Shown: positions 37,826 through 48,825, counted from the first letter of the stretch. The stretch: 64,000 nucleotides of DNA from Camelus ferus (GCF_009834535.1 NC_045697.1:7566001-7630000); one strand, 5' to 3'. Notes: generated by a model from the sequence alone, not told the origin. Program-made: numbers and translations.

Positions 37826-38860
37826 GAGTATCATTACCCTTTTACAAACGGAGAACTTGAAAACCAGAATAAGACACAGAGGCTTAAATCTAGCCCCTCC
37901 AGCCCATCTGAGATGCAGGTTCAGCACAGCCATTTCAGCCTCAGTAGCAGTTAAGCAGTTAGGATCCTTGAGGACCTGTACCCCACGCCATCTGAGACCC
38001 ACTTACCCCACTGTGTTGGGTCTTGACCCACAGACTTTGTCTGGAGCATCTGATGAGTATCCTTTTGCCCTAATGGAAGAGGAGCTTGACTCTGAACTTC
38101 AACTTCTTTACCAGAGATTCTGAAAGTTAAAAATAACTTGCTAGCTTACCACCCTTGTCAGAAAGCCACTGACTGGGGGTGTGCTGTAATCTGCACTAAA
38201 ATAGTGAAATCTTACACTTTTGCTTATATTCCCACTGGTGTGCCAGGTAGTGTTAATAGCTATCTCATGAGAGCAGGACTTCGTAATCAAGTAGGTCTGA
38301 GGAGTGATGGACATTTAAAGATGGTGCTTTCTCCAGGATATCTCAGAGCTGTGCGTATGTGGTTGCACAATTTTGCAAATTTATTTGGTTCTGGAAACAT
38401 TCTCTTAACAGAAAACTTCTTAACATCGCACAGTGTATTTAGTCACTGGTAATTTTGGTAAATATTGTTAGGACTGACATTGTACAACTTAGGAATATCA
38501 GGCCTGGATTTGAAACATAAATTTTGTTGAGTGTCTTTGGGTAGATCATGTTTCCTGAGACTTATTTCCCTTTTATCTAAAATTAGAGAGTATATTATCC
38601 AAAAACTTCCATGAAAGTATGCAAAAATTACAGTTTTTAGTGTACAGAAAACAGGAAATATATGTTAATTAAAAAAAAAAACTGTGGCTGAAGTTTTGGC
38701 AAAATTTTGATACTGTTATAGCTAAGAATTCAATAATGATCATATCCTAGCTGACAATAATTCTTAGCTTCTTTTTTTTTTTTTGATAGAATTACTATTA
38801 AGATATCACTTAGATGTAGAATCTAAAAAAAGGACACAAATGAACTTTGGATGCTAGGAT

Positions 38861-39111
38861 GAAAGGAGCTGGGGTGAAAATCAGGGAATAAAATCCCAAA
38901 ACCCTCCTTCCTGAATGAATATTCTGCCCATTCATTTTTACACCCTGTATAACCAGCTTGACAAAGAAACAGGGCAGCTACTCACCTGAGTCTGCCTGCT
39001 CTCCCCTTGAGAGTGTACTGTCACTTAATAAATCCTCACTTTGCTGCCTTGACTTCTGTGTCTCCTCTCTGCATTCTTTCTGATAAGACAAGAACTTACT
39101 CACTGGTAACA
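38861..39111 (+). mobile_element. 5'-truncated copy of the LTR at 1505-2099
   Basis: Shares ctgg..tgaaaatca, cagctactcacctgagtctgcc, aataaatcc and gacaagaac.tactc with the first copy. Ends ggtaaca. Confidence 0.85.
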
Positions 39112-40694
39112 CTTCCTTACACAACTTCAGTTTCTAAATTTTGTTGTTGCTGTTGGTGTCATAGAATTTGTTATTTTTATCATGGTATGAAAGTATTGCT
39201 GCCAAGTTCATCTTTAAAATCTGTCCACCCCTCAAGTTGGATGTGCCAGGTGAGTAATACAGGATTCCATGTGTCCCTTGATGACTAGCCCAAAACCCTC
39301 CATGACTCTCCATCCTGTCTCACCACCCCACCCCATGCCACTTTTACTTTCTTCTGTGTGCCCCCCACACATCCTGCAGCCTAGCTTGTCCCTTAATATT
39401 AATGTTGAAATAATAACAACAATAATGAGGGCTTATTGAACACTTACCTTAAGACAAATGTCATTTTTTTTTAATGTAGTAACCTCATTTCTTCTTTCAC
39501 AAAAATCCGATGAGTACTAACAACATTCTCCATTAACAGATGAGTACTCTGAAGTGCAGGGTGCTTGATCAGCTTTTCGAGGTTCCCAACTCCAGGAAAC
39601 CTAGCAACGAATGCAAGCAGAGGAGGGGCTTGGAGGGAGCTTTGGCTCTCAATGCATCCTTTCCTATCGCCACGTCTCTTTGGCCATGAGAATTAAACAA
39701 ACAAAATGCAGTTCTGAGACTCCTGCCTTGGGGCAGGAAATGGGAAATATTTGAATCCCATACATTGACTTTCATTGGGGAAAATATAAGGCTAAAAGAA
39801 AGAGTGAACCCTATTTCATGTAGACATTTTTCTGTGTGGAAATGCAAGCCCCCCAGGAGATCAGAAGGTTGAAAGTCTCCACTCAAGTAAGCATGAGCCA
39901 CAGGAAATCAAGAAAGAAGCAATGGCTTAGTGAATTAACGTTAACACACATGCATTCAGCAAACATGCACTGGGAGGTGAGGCTAATTCTCTAAAATAAG
40001 TAACATATATGAAGCTAAAGAAGACTGAGGGAGTATTGTAGTTTCTATTGCTTAAAAAGATTTTTTTAAACAATCAGAACAGCATGAAACTAAAAAGAGC
40101 AAAAATCACACCAGACATGATTCTGAAACATTATCTCTGTGGGACAAAGAAATTAGCATTGTGAAGAGCATTGGGTAAAATGCATGGAATGTACTTTTTT
40201 CTTGACTACATCAGTGTGATTACTGTTGTCTGTAAGATAGATCCTAATGTTGAAATAGCTCAAGAATACAGATGGCGAGGATGCTCTCCTGCAAGACAAT
40301 TTTGTAGAAAACTAAATGGTGTTCCATTAAGGGCCAAAGTTACTTAAAAAATAAATAAAGTATAGTTAGTTACAATGTGTCAATTTCTGGAGTACAGCAC
40401 AATGTTTCAGTTGTACATATGCATAGATATATATACATATATTTGTTTTCATATTCTTTTTCTTTACAGGTTACTACAAGATATTGAATATAGTTTCCTG
40501 TGCTATACAGAAAAAAAATTGTTTTTTGGCTATTTTATATAAAGTAGTTGGTGACTTTAAATCTTGAACTCTCAATTTATCCCTTCCCACCCCTTTTCCC
40601 CCCATTAACCATAAGTTTGTTTACTATGTGAGTCTGTTTCTATTTCGTAGATAAGTTCATTATTGTCTTCTTTTACCATTCTTTCTTTTTTTTT

Positions 40695-41062
40695 TCAGAT
40701 TCTACATATGAATGATATCATATGGCATTTTTCTTTCTCTTTCTGGCTAACTTCACTTAGAATGACATTCTCCAGGAACATCCATGTTGCTGCAAATGGC
40801 ATATGTTGTCGTTTTTTGTGGCTGAATAGTATTCCATTGTATAAACACACCACATCTTCTTTATTCAGTCATCTGTTGATGGACATTTAGGCTGTTTCCA
40901 TGTCTTGGCTATTGTAAATAGTGCTGCTATGAACATTGGGGTACAGATGTCATTTTGAAGTAGGGTTCCTTCTGGATATATGCCCAGGAGCGGGATTCCT
41001 GGGTCATATGGTAAGTCTATTCCTAGTCTTTTGAGGAATCTCCATACTGTTTTCCACAGTGG
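40695..41062 (-). pseudogene. C-terminal remnant of L1 ORF2 (~120 codons, disrupted)
   Basis: Translates [65 protein letters not shown], with TGA in place of a conserved Trp. Confidence 0.85.
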
Positions 41063-41205
41063 TTTTCCTTGCTTCCCTCTCCCACTCTTAATGATTTAGA
41101 TGTCTTCTTTTACAATTTTGTGTTTATTCTATTTGTAATTCATGGTAGTTTTCACCTTTCCAGTTACGAGTTTCTCATTTCTGTAGCATCCTGCTTCTTT
41201 CCTAT

Positions 41206-42090
41206 TTAGAGTAGACCTGTCAATATTTCTTTTAGCATGGGTTTAGTGTTGCTGAAGTCTTGTAGTTTTTGCTTGTCTGTGAAGTTCTTTATCTCTCCTT
41301 CTATTCTAAAGGATAGCCTTGCTGGATAGAGTATCCTAGGCTTCATCTTTTTTTCATTCAGAACTTTCAATATATCTTGCCACTCCCTTCTGGCCTGTAG
41401 TGTCTGTGTAGAGAAATCAGCTGAGAGCCTTATGGGGGTTCCCTTGCAACTCACTCTTTGTTTTTCTCTCGCTACCTTTAGGATCATTTCTTTATCCTTG
41501 ACTCTGGCCATCTTGATTATATGTCTTGGTGTGGGTCTGTTTGGGACACTCTGGGCCTCCTGTACTTGGATATCTGATTCCTTCTTTAGGTTTGGGAAGT
41601 TTTCAGTCATGATTTCTTCAAATACCTTTTCAATCCCCTTTGTTCTTTCTTCCCGTTCTGAAACCCCTATTATGTGTAGACTGGCAAGCTTTATATTATC
41701 CCATATGCTCCTTATATTGTTTTCATTGTTTTTAATTTGTTTTTCTCTCAGCTGTTCTGATTGGGTGCTTTCTGTTGTCCTGTCTTCTAAGTCACTTATT
41801 CGTTCCTCTGCACTATCTAGTCTGCTTTGCACAGCCTTTAGATCAGCTCTCATCTCAGCAAATGAGTTTACTAATTCTACTTGGTTCTTCTTTATAGCTT
41901 CTATTTCATTTTTGACATATTTTATATCTCTAAACACTATTTCTTTTAGTTCCTTTAGTACTTTGATCAGTCCTTTTTTGAAATCTTGATCTAGTAGGCC
42001 ATCAATGTCTATTTCCTTGATCGTGCTTTCAGGGGATTTCTCTTGATCTTTTAATTGGGAATAGTTCATCTGCTTCTTCATATTGCTCAT
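41206..42090 (-). CDS. ORF1: LINE-1 ORF1p (coiled coil, RRM, CTD RNA-binding chaperone), 294 aa from the first ATG
   Basis: Uninterrupted ORF with SRLDSAEERISDLED, ENFPNL, TPRHII, AREK, PIRLSADFS, LQARREW and YPARLSF motifs. The track's start at 42198 is a TTG; ATGs are at 42090 and 42081. Confidence 0.9.
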   Translation of the reverse strand: MSNMKKQMNYSQLKDQEKSPESTIKEIDIDGLLDQDFKKGLIKVLKELKEIVFRDIKYVKNEIEAIKKNQVELVNSFAEMRADLKAVQSRLDSAEERISDLEDRTTESTQSEQLREKQIKNNENNIRSIWDNIKLASLHIIGVSEREERTKGIEKVFEEIMTENFPNLKKESDIQVQEAQSVPNRPTPRHIIKMARVKDKEMILKVAREKQRVSCKGTPIRLSADFSTQTLQARREWQDILKVLNEKKMKPRILYPARLSFRIEGEIKNFTDKQKLQDFSNTKPMLKEILTGLL

Positions 42091-43202
42091 ATCTCTCTGG
42101 CACTGTGGCCAGTGGGTGGGCAGGTCACTCCCCCTCCTGATGCCACAGTCAGATGCTGCGCTTGGGCAAGGCAAGTGGGCAGATCGCGCCCCCTCCAAGC
42201 ACCGTGATCAGGTGCTACATTCCTGCCAGGAAGGCGGGTGTCTGCCCACCCTTTCTAGGCACTCGTCGCTCCAGTGCTCTGTGCAGCTGCCTGCTCTGCC
42301 TCTGGTTGGCGCTCTGTAGGTGGGCTCAGGGAAGACCTTGGAATGGCCCTGCACTTGCTTTGTGCCAAATCTCAGCTCCTTGTTTGTCTTGGCAGCACGA
42401 GTTGTCTGAGGTGCCAGGGTAGAAAGATCCTAACTGCCTCAGGCTGTAAACAAGTCTCAGCCCTGCCTAGGAGGTTATGGAGCCCCCTGGTGTGGATTCA
42501 GGTCTCGGCCCCGTCCCTGCTCGGGTGCTGCACACAGGAGATGGGGCTGTGGCTGGGCCCCACCTCTCTTCTTGTGAGAAGTCTGAGGAGACAAAGGCTA
42601 TGATGCCCCTCCCCCCCCCAGGGCACACCAGCCTTGTTGCTTTGCATTTTTTGCAATTTATGGGGGACCGAGGTTGTTCTACTCTGTATCCCCTCCCAGC
42701 CATGGCACGCAGCACCCTGCAGTCCCCCCGGGCTGCCTCAGTGCAGCCACCCCCGTCTTCCTCCCAACTCGAGCGGCCTGTCCTAGCCCCAGCTGCCAGC
42801 TCGCATCTCTGGCTGGGTGTTGCAGGGACACTTTGTGCCCATTTAACTTAGTTCTGTCAGTCAAGGGGTGCTCAGGGCAAATCTGAGCCTCAGAGGCTCC
42901 CCCTCCATCCCGTTGGCCTCTCCATTGGAGGGGGGAGACCCAGCAAAGGAGCGCTAGTCCTCCTTTGCCTCTCCCTCCCCGCAGGACAGGTCCTGCACTG
43001 TTTTGTTTTTTCTTCTTTCTGTTTTCCTGTTTCTCCTACCAGATTTTTGGCGTCTTTGTCTTTCGAAGAGGGCGATGTTCTGTCGGAGTTCGCCAGGTGC
43101 TCTGGTTGGCCGAGTGAGTCCGTAGATGTGAGTTTTGGTGTATTTGTGGGAGAGGGGGAGCTACAAGCGTCCTTCTACTCTGCCGTCTTGCTTCTCTACT
43201 CC
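42091..43202 (-). promoter_or_regulatory. L1 5'UTR internal promoter (GC/CpG-rich), with mutated YY1-type site
   Basis: The most GC-rich ~1.1 kb of the window. The 5' end reads GGAGTAGAGAAGCAAGACGGCAGAG, versus the typical CAAGATGGC YY1 motif. Confidence 0.7.
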
Positions 43203-43321
43203 GGTAATTCTATTTTTATATTTTTGAGGAATCTCCATACTGTTTTCCACAGTGACTGAACCAAACTGCATTCCCACCAACAGTATAGGAGAGTTCCTTT
43301 TTCTCTGCACCCTCTTCAGCA
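43203..43321 (-). mobile_element. Older L1 ORF2 3' fragment (host of the insertion)
   Basis: ggtaattctatttttatatttttgaggaatctccatactgttttccacagtg...cattcccaccaacagt. Its first 52 bp are paralogous to 41010-41061. Confidence 0.85.
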
Positions 43322-43879
43322 GCTATTTTTAACAGGGTTTTATTTTTCACTTGAGAAAAATAATTCTAGTTATTAATTTTATTCTTCTAGCTTACAATCC
43401 CAATTCCATTTAATGGGATCTCCAATTCTGTATAATATTTGGGTATTCAGTGTCCAGCCTCCAGGAATGAATGCAGAAAGAACATTCTCTTTTCTCTCCA
43501 GGTCCCACGGTGGTAAAGCAGGGGGCAGATCCCTGGCTTTATTCAATCTCTGTCTCTACCTTTGCTCTTATAGCCAGAGGTACAAAGATGAGAGATTCAT
43601 ATGAGGTGGTTAGAGAATTGTTCATTTACTTTCCAAGTTTCTGTGCCCACTCATTGCAGAAATATGAATTGCAAAGTTCCATTCTGTCTAAAACTTTTTG
43701 GCTAAAAACAGTTAGTTATTAGATTTCCTACTTCTTGCTTTTCTATAGCTGATTTTTTGCTTTTATCATCCTCCAAGACTGTTCACCTATCTTTGAGTCA
43801 ATCAGTCCATACTTTGGATTAAAAATGCCATATTTTATTTCTGTGGCCTTTATTCCCAACTAATGAGTGTTCTAGAAGT

Positions 43880-45560
43880 AAATATCCATGGTGTAAAAAT
43901 TTTATTGTATGAGAAGTTCAACAAAACCAACTGAGTAACTTTTCCTCCCATTGTTGAGTTACTAGTTTTCTTATTCAGGGGCAACCACTGTTAGTATTTA
44001 TGCCTAAGGAATATTTGGTACCTTTGCTTTTCATTTTCCTGTAGCCTTTCCAATTATGAATTTTCTCATCATGTGCTTTGGTGGTGCAATGAGTTGTTTG
44101 CCCAAGAGTGAGCAGATAACACAGATTGTCCAATACATACTGATAAGCACACTCACAAACATTTAAAAAATCAGAAATTTACCCATTATTCTACTCCTTC
44201 CTTTTTTTCTTACAACAAAATATTCTGGATGTGACTCCATAGCAGCACATAAGGACTTCACACTCTCCTTTTCACAGTTGCATAATATTCTGTTACACGG
44301 ATGTGCTTTCCATTGTGTGGCCTTTTATCAATGACAATTTAGGATTTTTCTAGTATTCTGATATATTTTGATAGAAATTACCAAAATGAAGGGCAACACT
44401 AATTGACTCTTCTTCAAAAATGTATGAGAAAGATCAGTTCCTTTCATCATCATCAATATTATGTGTTATTATAACTCTTTTCTATAAATCTGTACATATC
44501 ATTATTATTTTAACTTTTTTATCTTTTTTTACTCTTTTTAATGAATGAATTGGAATATTTTTTCATATAAGCATCCTTTTAAATTTTTTTCTTATTTTCT
44601 GGTCTTTTGCTTTGCACATCCTTCTATTGGATTATCATTATTTTATTAATTGGCATACAGGTTCTTTATTTAGTAAGAAATTCATCCCAATGCATGTTCT
44701 AGCTGTGGTAAAAACACGTTTTCAGATTGTTGTTTGCCATTTGGCTCTGCTTTTGTAGTTCTTTTTTTTTCTATGAAGAAATGTATTTAAATGTTTTTAT
44801 ATTTAACATATCAAAAGATTTCCTTGCTGAATTCTGAATTTTATGCCTTGCATGTAAGCCTCCTATAGTTTTATGCATTTTCTACTATTACTATTAATGA
44901 TTTACATTATTTGTTGAAATATTTTATTCATCTGGAATTTACTCTGATATAAGCCATGAGGCAGGGATCCAAGTTTTTATTTTAAATGAGAAGTCAAATG
45001 ATTTATTGGATACTCCATCTTTCCACCATGTATTAGCAACTCTACTTTTGTCTTATAATACATATACAGATTTTATGAATATATATTTGGACACTTTTTT
45101 CTCACATTGAGTTCTCCATCAATCTGTATTCAAGCATCAAGCTAACTTATTGTATGTTATTTCATTATGTGCTAGAATTAGACACTAAACTTTCTTCTTT
45201 AATACTTTAAATTACATTGGTTATATTTCTTGAGAAGTTTGATAGATCGATTTATTATATTGCTTGGGTTTAGTCCTCTTTCAGATTGTTTTTTTTTTTT
45301 TCTTTTCTTGAGAAATTTCCAATTTATTTAGCATAATGGGTCTGCTTACATTTTCTTTTTCTTCTCATTTATATTTTCTAGGAAAATTACCCCTTTCCTC
45401 AGGCTTTCTCCTTAATTTGCATAGATTTGATTAAACTAGTCATACAGCTTCTTCTATAGCTGTGTTTATTTCTTAATTTTCATTTGTAAATTTGCGTATT
45501 TATAACTTATTATCTTAATTAGCTTATTCTATATGTTTTCCCAAAGAAGCACTCTTAGCA
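43880..45560 (-). mobile_element. Ancient L1 (L1ME-like) fragments
   Basis: T-rich. ggcaaccactgttagt, tttattcatctggaattt and gaggcagggatccaagttt motifs. Confidence 0.6.
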
Positions 45561-45569
45561 GACACTGGC

Positions 45570-45860
45570 TTAACTGCCTTATGCTGGATATTCATTTCTT
45601 TAGCTAATGTTTTTAATCTGAACTCTGTGGCCTGCTTGGCCACCTGTTTGATCAGCCAGAAATACTAAAGAATTATCATCCTTGAGACCAGCCCTAAACC
45701 AATAACTGAGAGTGACTGGTGTATAAATGCCTCAGCTCCCTTGCTCTCTGCAGGGAGAGGGGGAGATAACTCAAGAGTTGTGTTCTACATTGTTCTTTCT
45801 TACTAGGGTTTTCTCCACCTTCTGACTAAACTATTAGCATTTGATGTTTTGTGTCAAGAG
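45570..45860. mobile_element. LTR16-like ERVL LTR remnant
   Basis: ccaataactgagagtgactggtgtataaatgcctcagctccc...gataactcaagagttgtgttctaca. Confidence 0.65.
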
Positions 45861-46319
45861 TTGTCAGACTCTTTACTGTCAGTAGTCAACACTCTGAGCA
45901 GGGAGATTTTAGGGGTACACAACAGCAACCCTGGTAATCATTATCCCTATTATGTCTTCTTTATCCTCTGCTTTTTTTTTATAACTTTATCATATAATTT
46001 CCTATTCTTAAACAATGTATTTACTGCTTCATGTGTTTGAGCTTTATGTAAATAAGATTATATATTTTGTTTTCTATTATATCTTGCTTTATTGATGAAC
46101 ATTTTGTTCTTGACATTCATCAATGTTACTGTTTTATTTTCATAGATAATTCTATTGAATGACTATATCATAATGTATTTTTTTGTTGTTGATGGTCATG
46201 TAAGTTGTTTCTACTTTACTGACTAATTCATTTATTTTGTGCCATCTGTCTTGCTAGAATTATCTCATGAATGTGTCACTAGGTGTCTAATAAATGTTTA
46301 TTATATTTATATCTAAATG

Positions 46320-46680
46320 TTTACTAGTGTATTAAATCAGTGTGTGAAGGTGAAGTTATGCTGCAGTAATAACATCCAAATCTCAACAACTTACATCCAA
46401 AGTCTTTTGCTTTCCTTTAGGTGAGGTTGACTGTGACTCTACTCGGAATCACTTTTCCTCCAAGACCCAGGCTAATAGGGTTGGAGGAGCTCCTGTTTCA
46501 AACATTGCCAGTCTCACAGCAGAGCAAAACTAAAATGATATTCAACATGTTGGCACTTAAAGCTTCTATTTGAAAATGACACATGGCCATTCTGCTCATG
46601 TTCCATTGGTCAAAGTTAATCACTTGGTGAAGCCTGATATTAAAATGTCAGGAAGTAATATCCTCCCCCAGGAGGCATTT
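46320..46680 (-). mobile_element. MaLR (MLT1) LTR remnant
   Basis: gttatgctgcagtaataaca...ccaaatctcaacaactt...ttctgctcatgttccattggtcaaag. Confidence 0.65.
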
Positions 46681-47044
46681 TATTTTGCATTTTCCTGGGT
46701 AGTAAAGAACTGAAGGATGTTCCAAGGGGTTTATTACACATTTCGTTTCCCTCTCCATGAAATCCCTGTATAGCCCTTTGCTCGTTTTTCTCTTTAATTT
46801 TGTTGTTGGTTTAACATTATTGATTTATAGAAATTGGCCATTGTTGTTCCCAACTGAAAGTTTTATGTGGTACAATATTTCTTTTTCAAGAGTGTGGTTT
46901 ATATTTTCATTTTCTTCATAGTATTGTTAGATACCACACACAGCAGTTCTTTGTTTAATATGGTTTAATTCATCAAAACAAAAGTTTCCATTACTTGTGT
47001 TTTATGTGTTATGATTAGAAAAGCATTACCTTCCTCAAAACTTG

Positions 47045-48460
47045 TTAGCCAGCATGATGGACAGATTATATTACCGGAAGGATCACCCAACACAAAACAA
47101 TTAATGTCTGAATCAACAAACATAGCAATGAATTGCTAAATTCAAAGCAGGTAAAATAAATCTCAAAAGTATCCTACCAAAACAAAAGAAAGTATGACAA
47201 GAACAAAAAACAAGTTGAAACCAAAGTAACAAAAGAGGATGAAGAATTTTCCTTGATAATAAAAGACAATCACAGCACAGCAATTGAAAGACTAATCTCT
47301 CGGGCAGCTGCAACATGGGTGAGCTGTAGCCGAAACTCCTAATTAAACTTGGGAAGATTAGCACTCAGCCCCTTTCCCCATTTTAATGATGACAAGAATA
47401 AAATCTGGGGGAAGAGTGTAAATTTCCATGCCATGGGTGAAAAATTAGAACCAGATCTTTAAGGCAAACCCCAAATAGTCTCATTTCTTAAAGAAACTTC
47501 AGACATAGAAATGAATCAAAACTCTGGAGAAAAGCATTCCAGACTTCAGCACATAAGTTTCCTATAGATTAAAATCAAGCAAATTTGAGTTTACAGCCAA
47601 AGATCATCAAAGTTCTTCATATGAACTTTTCATCCATAAACAAAAGGTAATATAAATAAGGAGCAGCAGATTCAGTTTCCTTGGGACTTCAACTTACTGA
47701 GATTGTCATACTTAAAATAGAGAATGATCATACGTGAAGTATTAAGTAAATAAAATATCCAGGCATGAGAGATTTCCTTAAAAATAACCAGTCAGGACTT
47801 CATCTTCCAGGTGAAATGGAGTTAACTGCAGACTATGGTCACTCCTGCCTAGAACTAGAAAAATCAGTAAAATCCTGTAAAATGCAGAAAGTATCTGTCT
47901 GAAGGTAGCAGAAATGTTAGGAGGCAATGAGAACTGGGGAGACTAAGTTTCAAGAGGATGGGGGAGTGTTGAATAAACGAGTTGACAAGAGCAGACATTC
48001 TCTGGAGAATCTCTTGATTCTGAACTTGGAAAAGGGAGATGCAGTCTTGGCTTTGCACTCACCAAGGTCTACTGCAGGGGGAGAGAGACACCAGCGGAGT
48101 TTTTCATAGTGGATTTAGAATGTCTAAAAGATATGGCTTATTTTTCTTAAGTAAATTCAGGAGTCATGTATGGTTGTAGGGTGGGTGGTGGGGCTGAAAG
48201 GTTTGTAAAAATCACAGCAGACATTTTTGGAAGGATCTTGAAGTGAACAACTAGATTCAAGGCAAATCCGATGTAGAATTAGCCCGTCAACCTCAAGTCA
48301 GCAGTCTCTGGCAGGACTGAAGTAACCAGCCCTGATGTGTTTCCCCAGCAGAGAAAAGGATAACATTTTTTTGGAGGAAGAGATCATCATCTAAAGCTTT
48401 TGCAAGTATTTATGAAGGGAGAAACCAGGTGATGCAAAATAAACCATTTAGAGAAGGAAA
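47045..48460 (+). mobile_element. Ancient L1/HAL1-type 5' region fragments
   Basis: A-rich. ggacttcatcttccaggtgaaatggagttaactg is an L1M-type 5' start near 47795. Subfamily uncertain. Confidence 0.4.
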
Positions 48461-48624
48461 TTTGCAGATCAGTCAAGAAAGCTTAAGCACCTGATGAGAG
48501 AATAGCTTGCATTATATTTTATGCTTTTGTTGTTTTGTTTCTTTCACGTGCATGGTTTCTGTGTGAGACATATGGGATTGCTGCCAGGCACAAGGCATCC
48601 ACAAAATGTAATATTTTTCATTTA

Positions 48625-48825
48625 TTAAGCATTTACTAGGTTGGATGTTCATAGTTATTTTATTCTTTAATCCTCTCTAAAGTTCAAGAAAAGCAGGTTA
48701 GCACTCAGCCCTTCCTCCTTCATCTTAAAGATGGTGAGAGTGAAAGTTGGGGAAAGAACAAAATTCTCCACAGTGTGCATATAGGATTAGACCAGATCTT
48801 TCTGAATTCAAATCTGATACAAATT
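48625..48825 (-). mobile_element. MIR SINE remnant
   Basis: ttattaagcatttacta...tttaatcctc...ggattagaccagatctttctgaattcaaa. Confidence 0.5.

Larger units (their letters stand above)
40350..43202 (-). mobile_element. LINE-1 with complete 5'UTR and ORF1 but most of ORF2 deleted (half-L1-like), ~2.85 kb
   Basis: GC/CpG-rich 5'UTR 43202-42091, ORF1 42090-41206, spacer 41205-41063 joined to the ORF2 C-terminal remnant ([30 protein letters not shown]...) from 41062, then 3'UTR to ~40350. Confidence 0.92.

Noticed and set aside
41432..41989. 185-aa plus-strand ORF
   Set aside because: Antisense shadow of L1 ORF1. The Ser/Leu/Phe-rich composition is what the reverse of an A-rich ORF gives.
42091..42198. 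36-aa N-terminal extension of ORF1 in the ORF track
   Set aside because: Starts at a TTG inside the GC-rich 5'UTR. ORF1-like sequence begins at the ATGs at 42090/42081.
42083..42886. Cluster of overlapping 60-124 aa ORFs (possible ORF0 analogue)
   Set aside because: Expected in GC-rich sequence with few stop codons. No recognisable similarity, and ORF0 is described for primate L1s.
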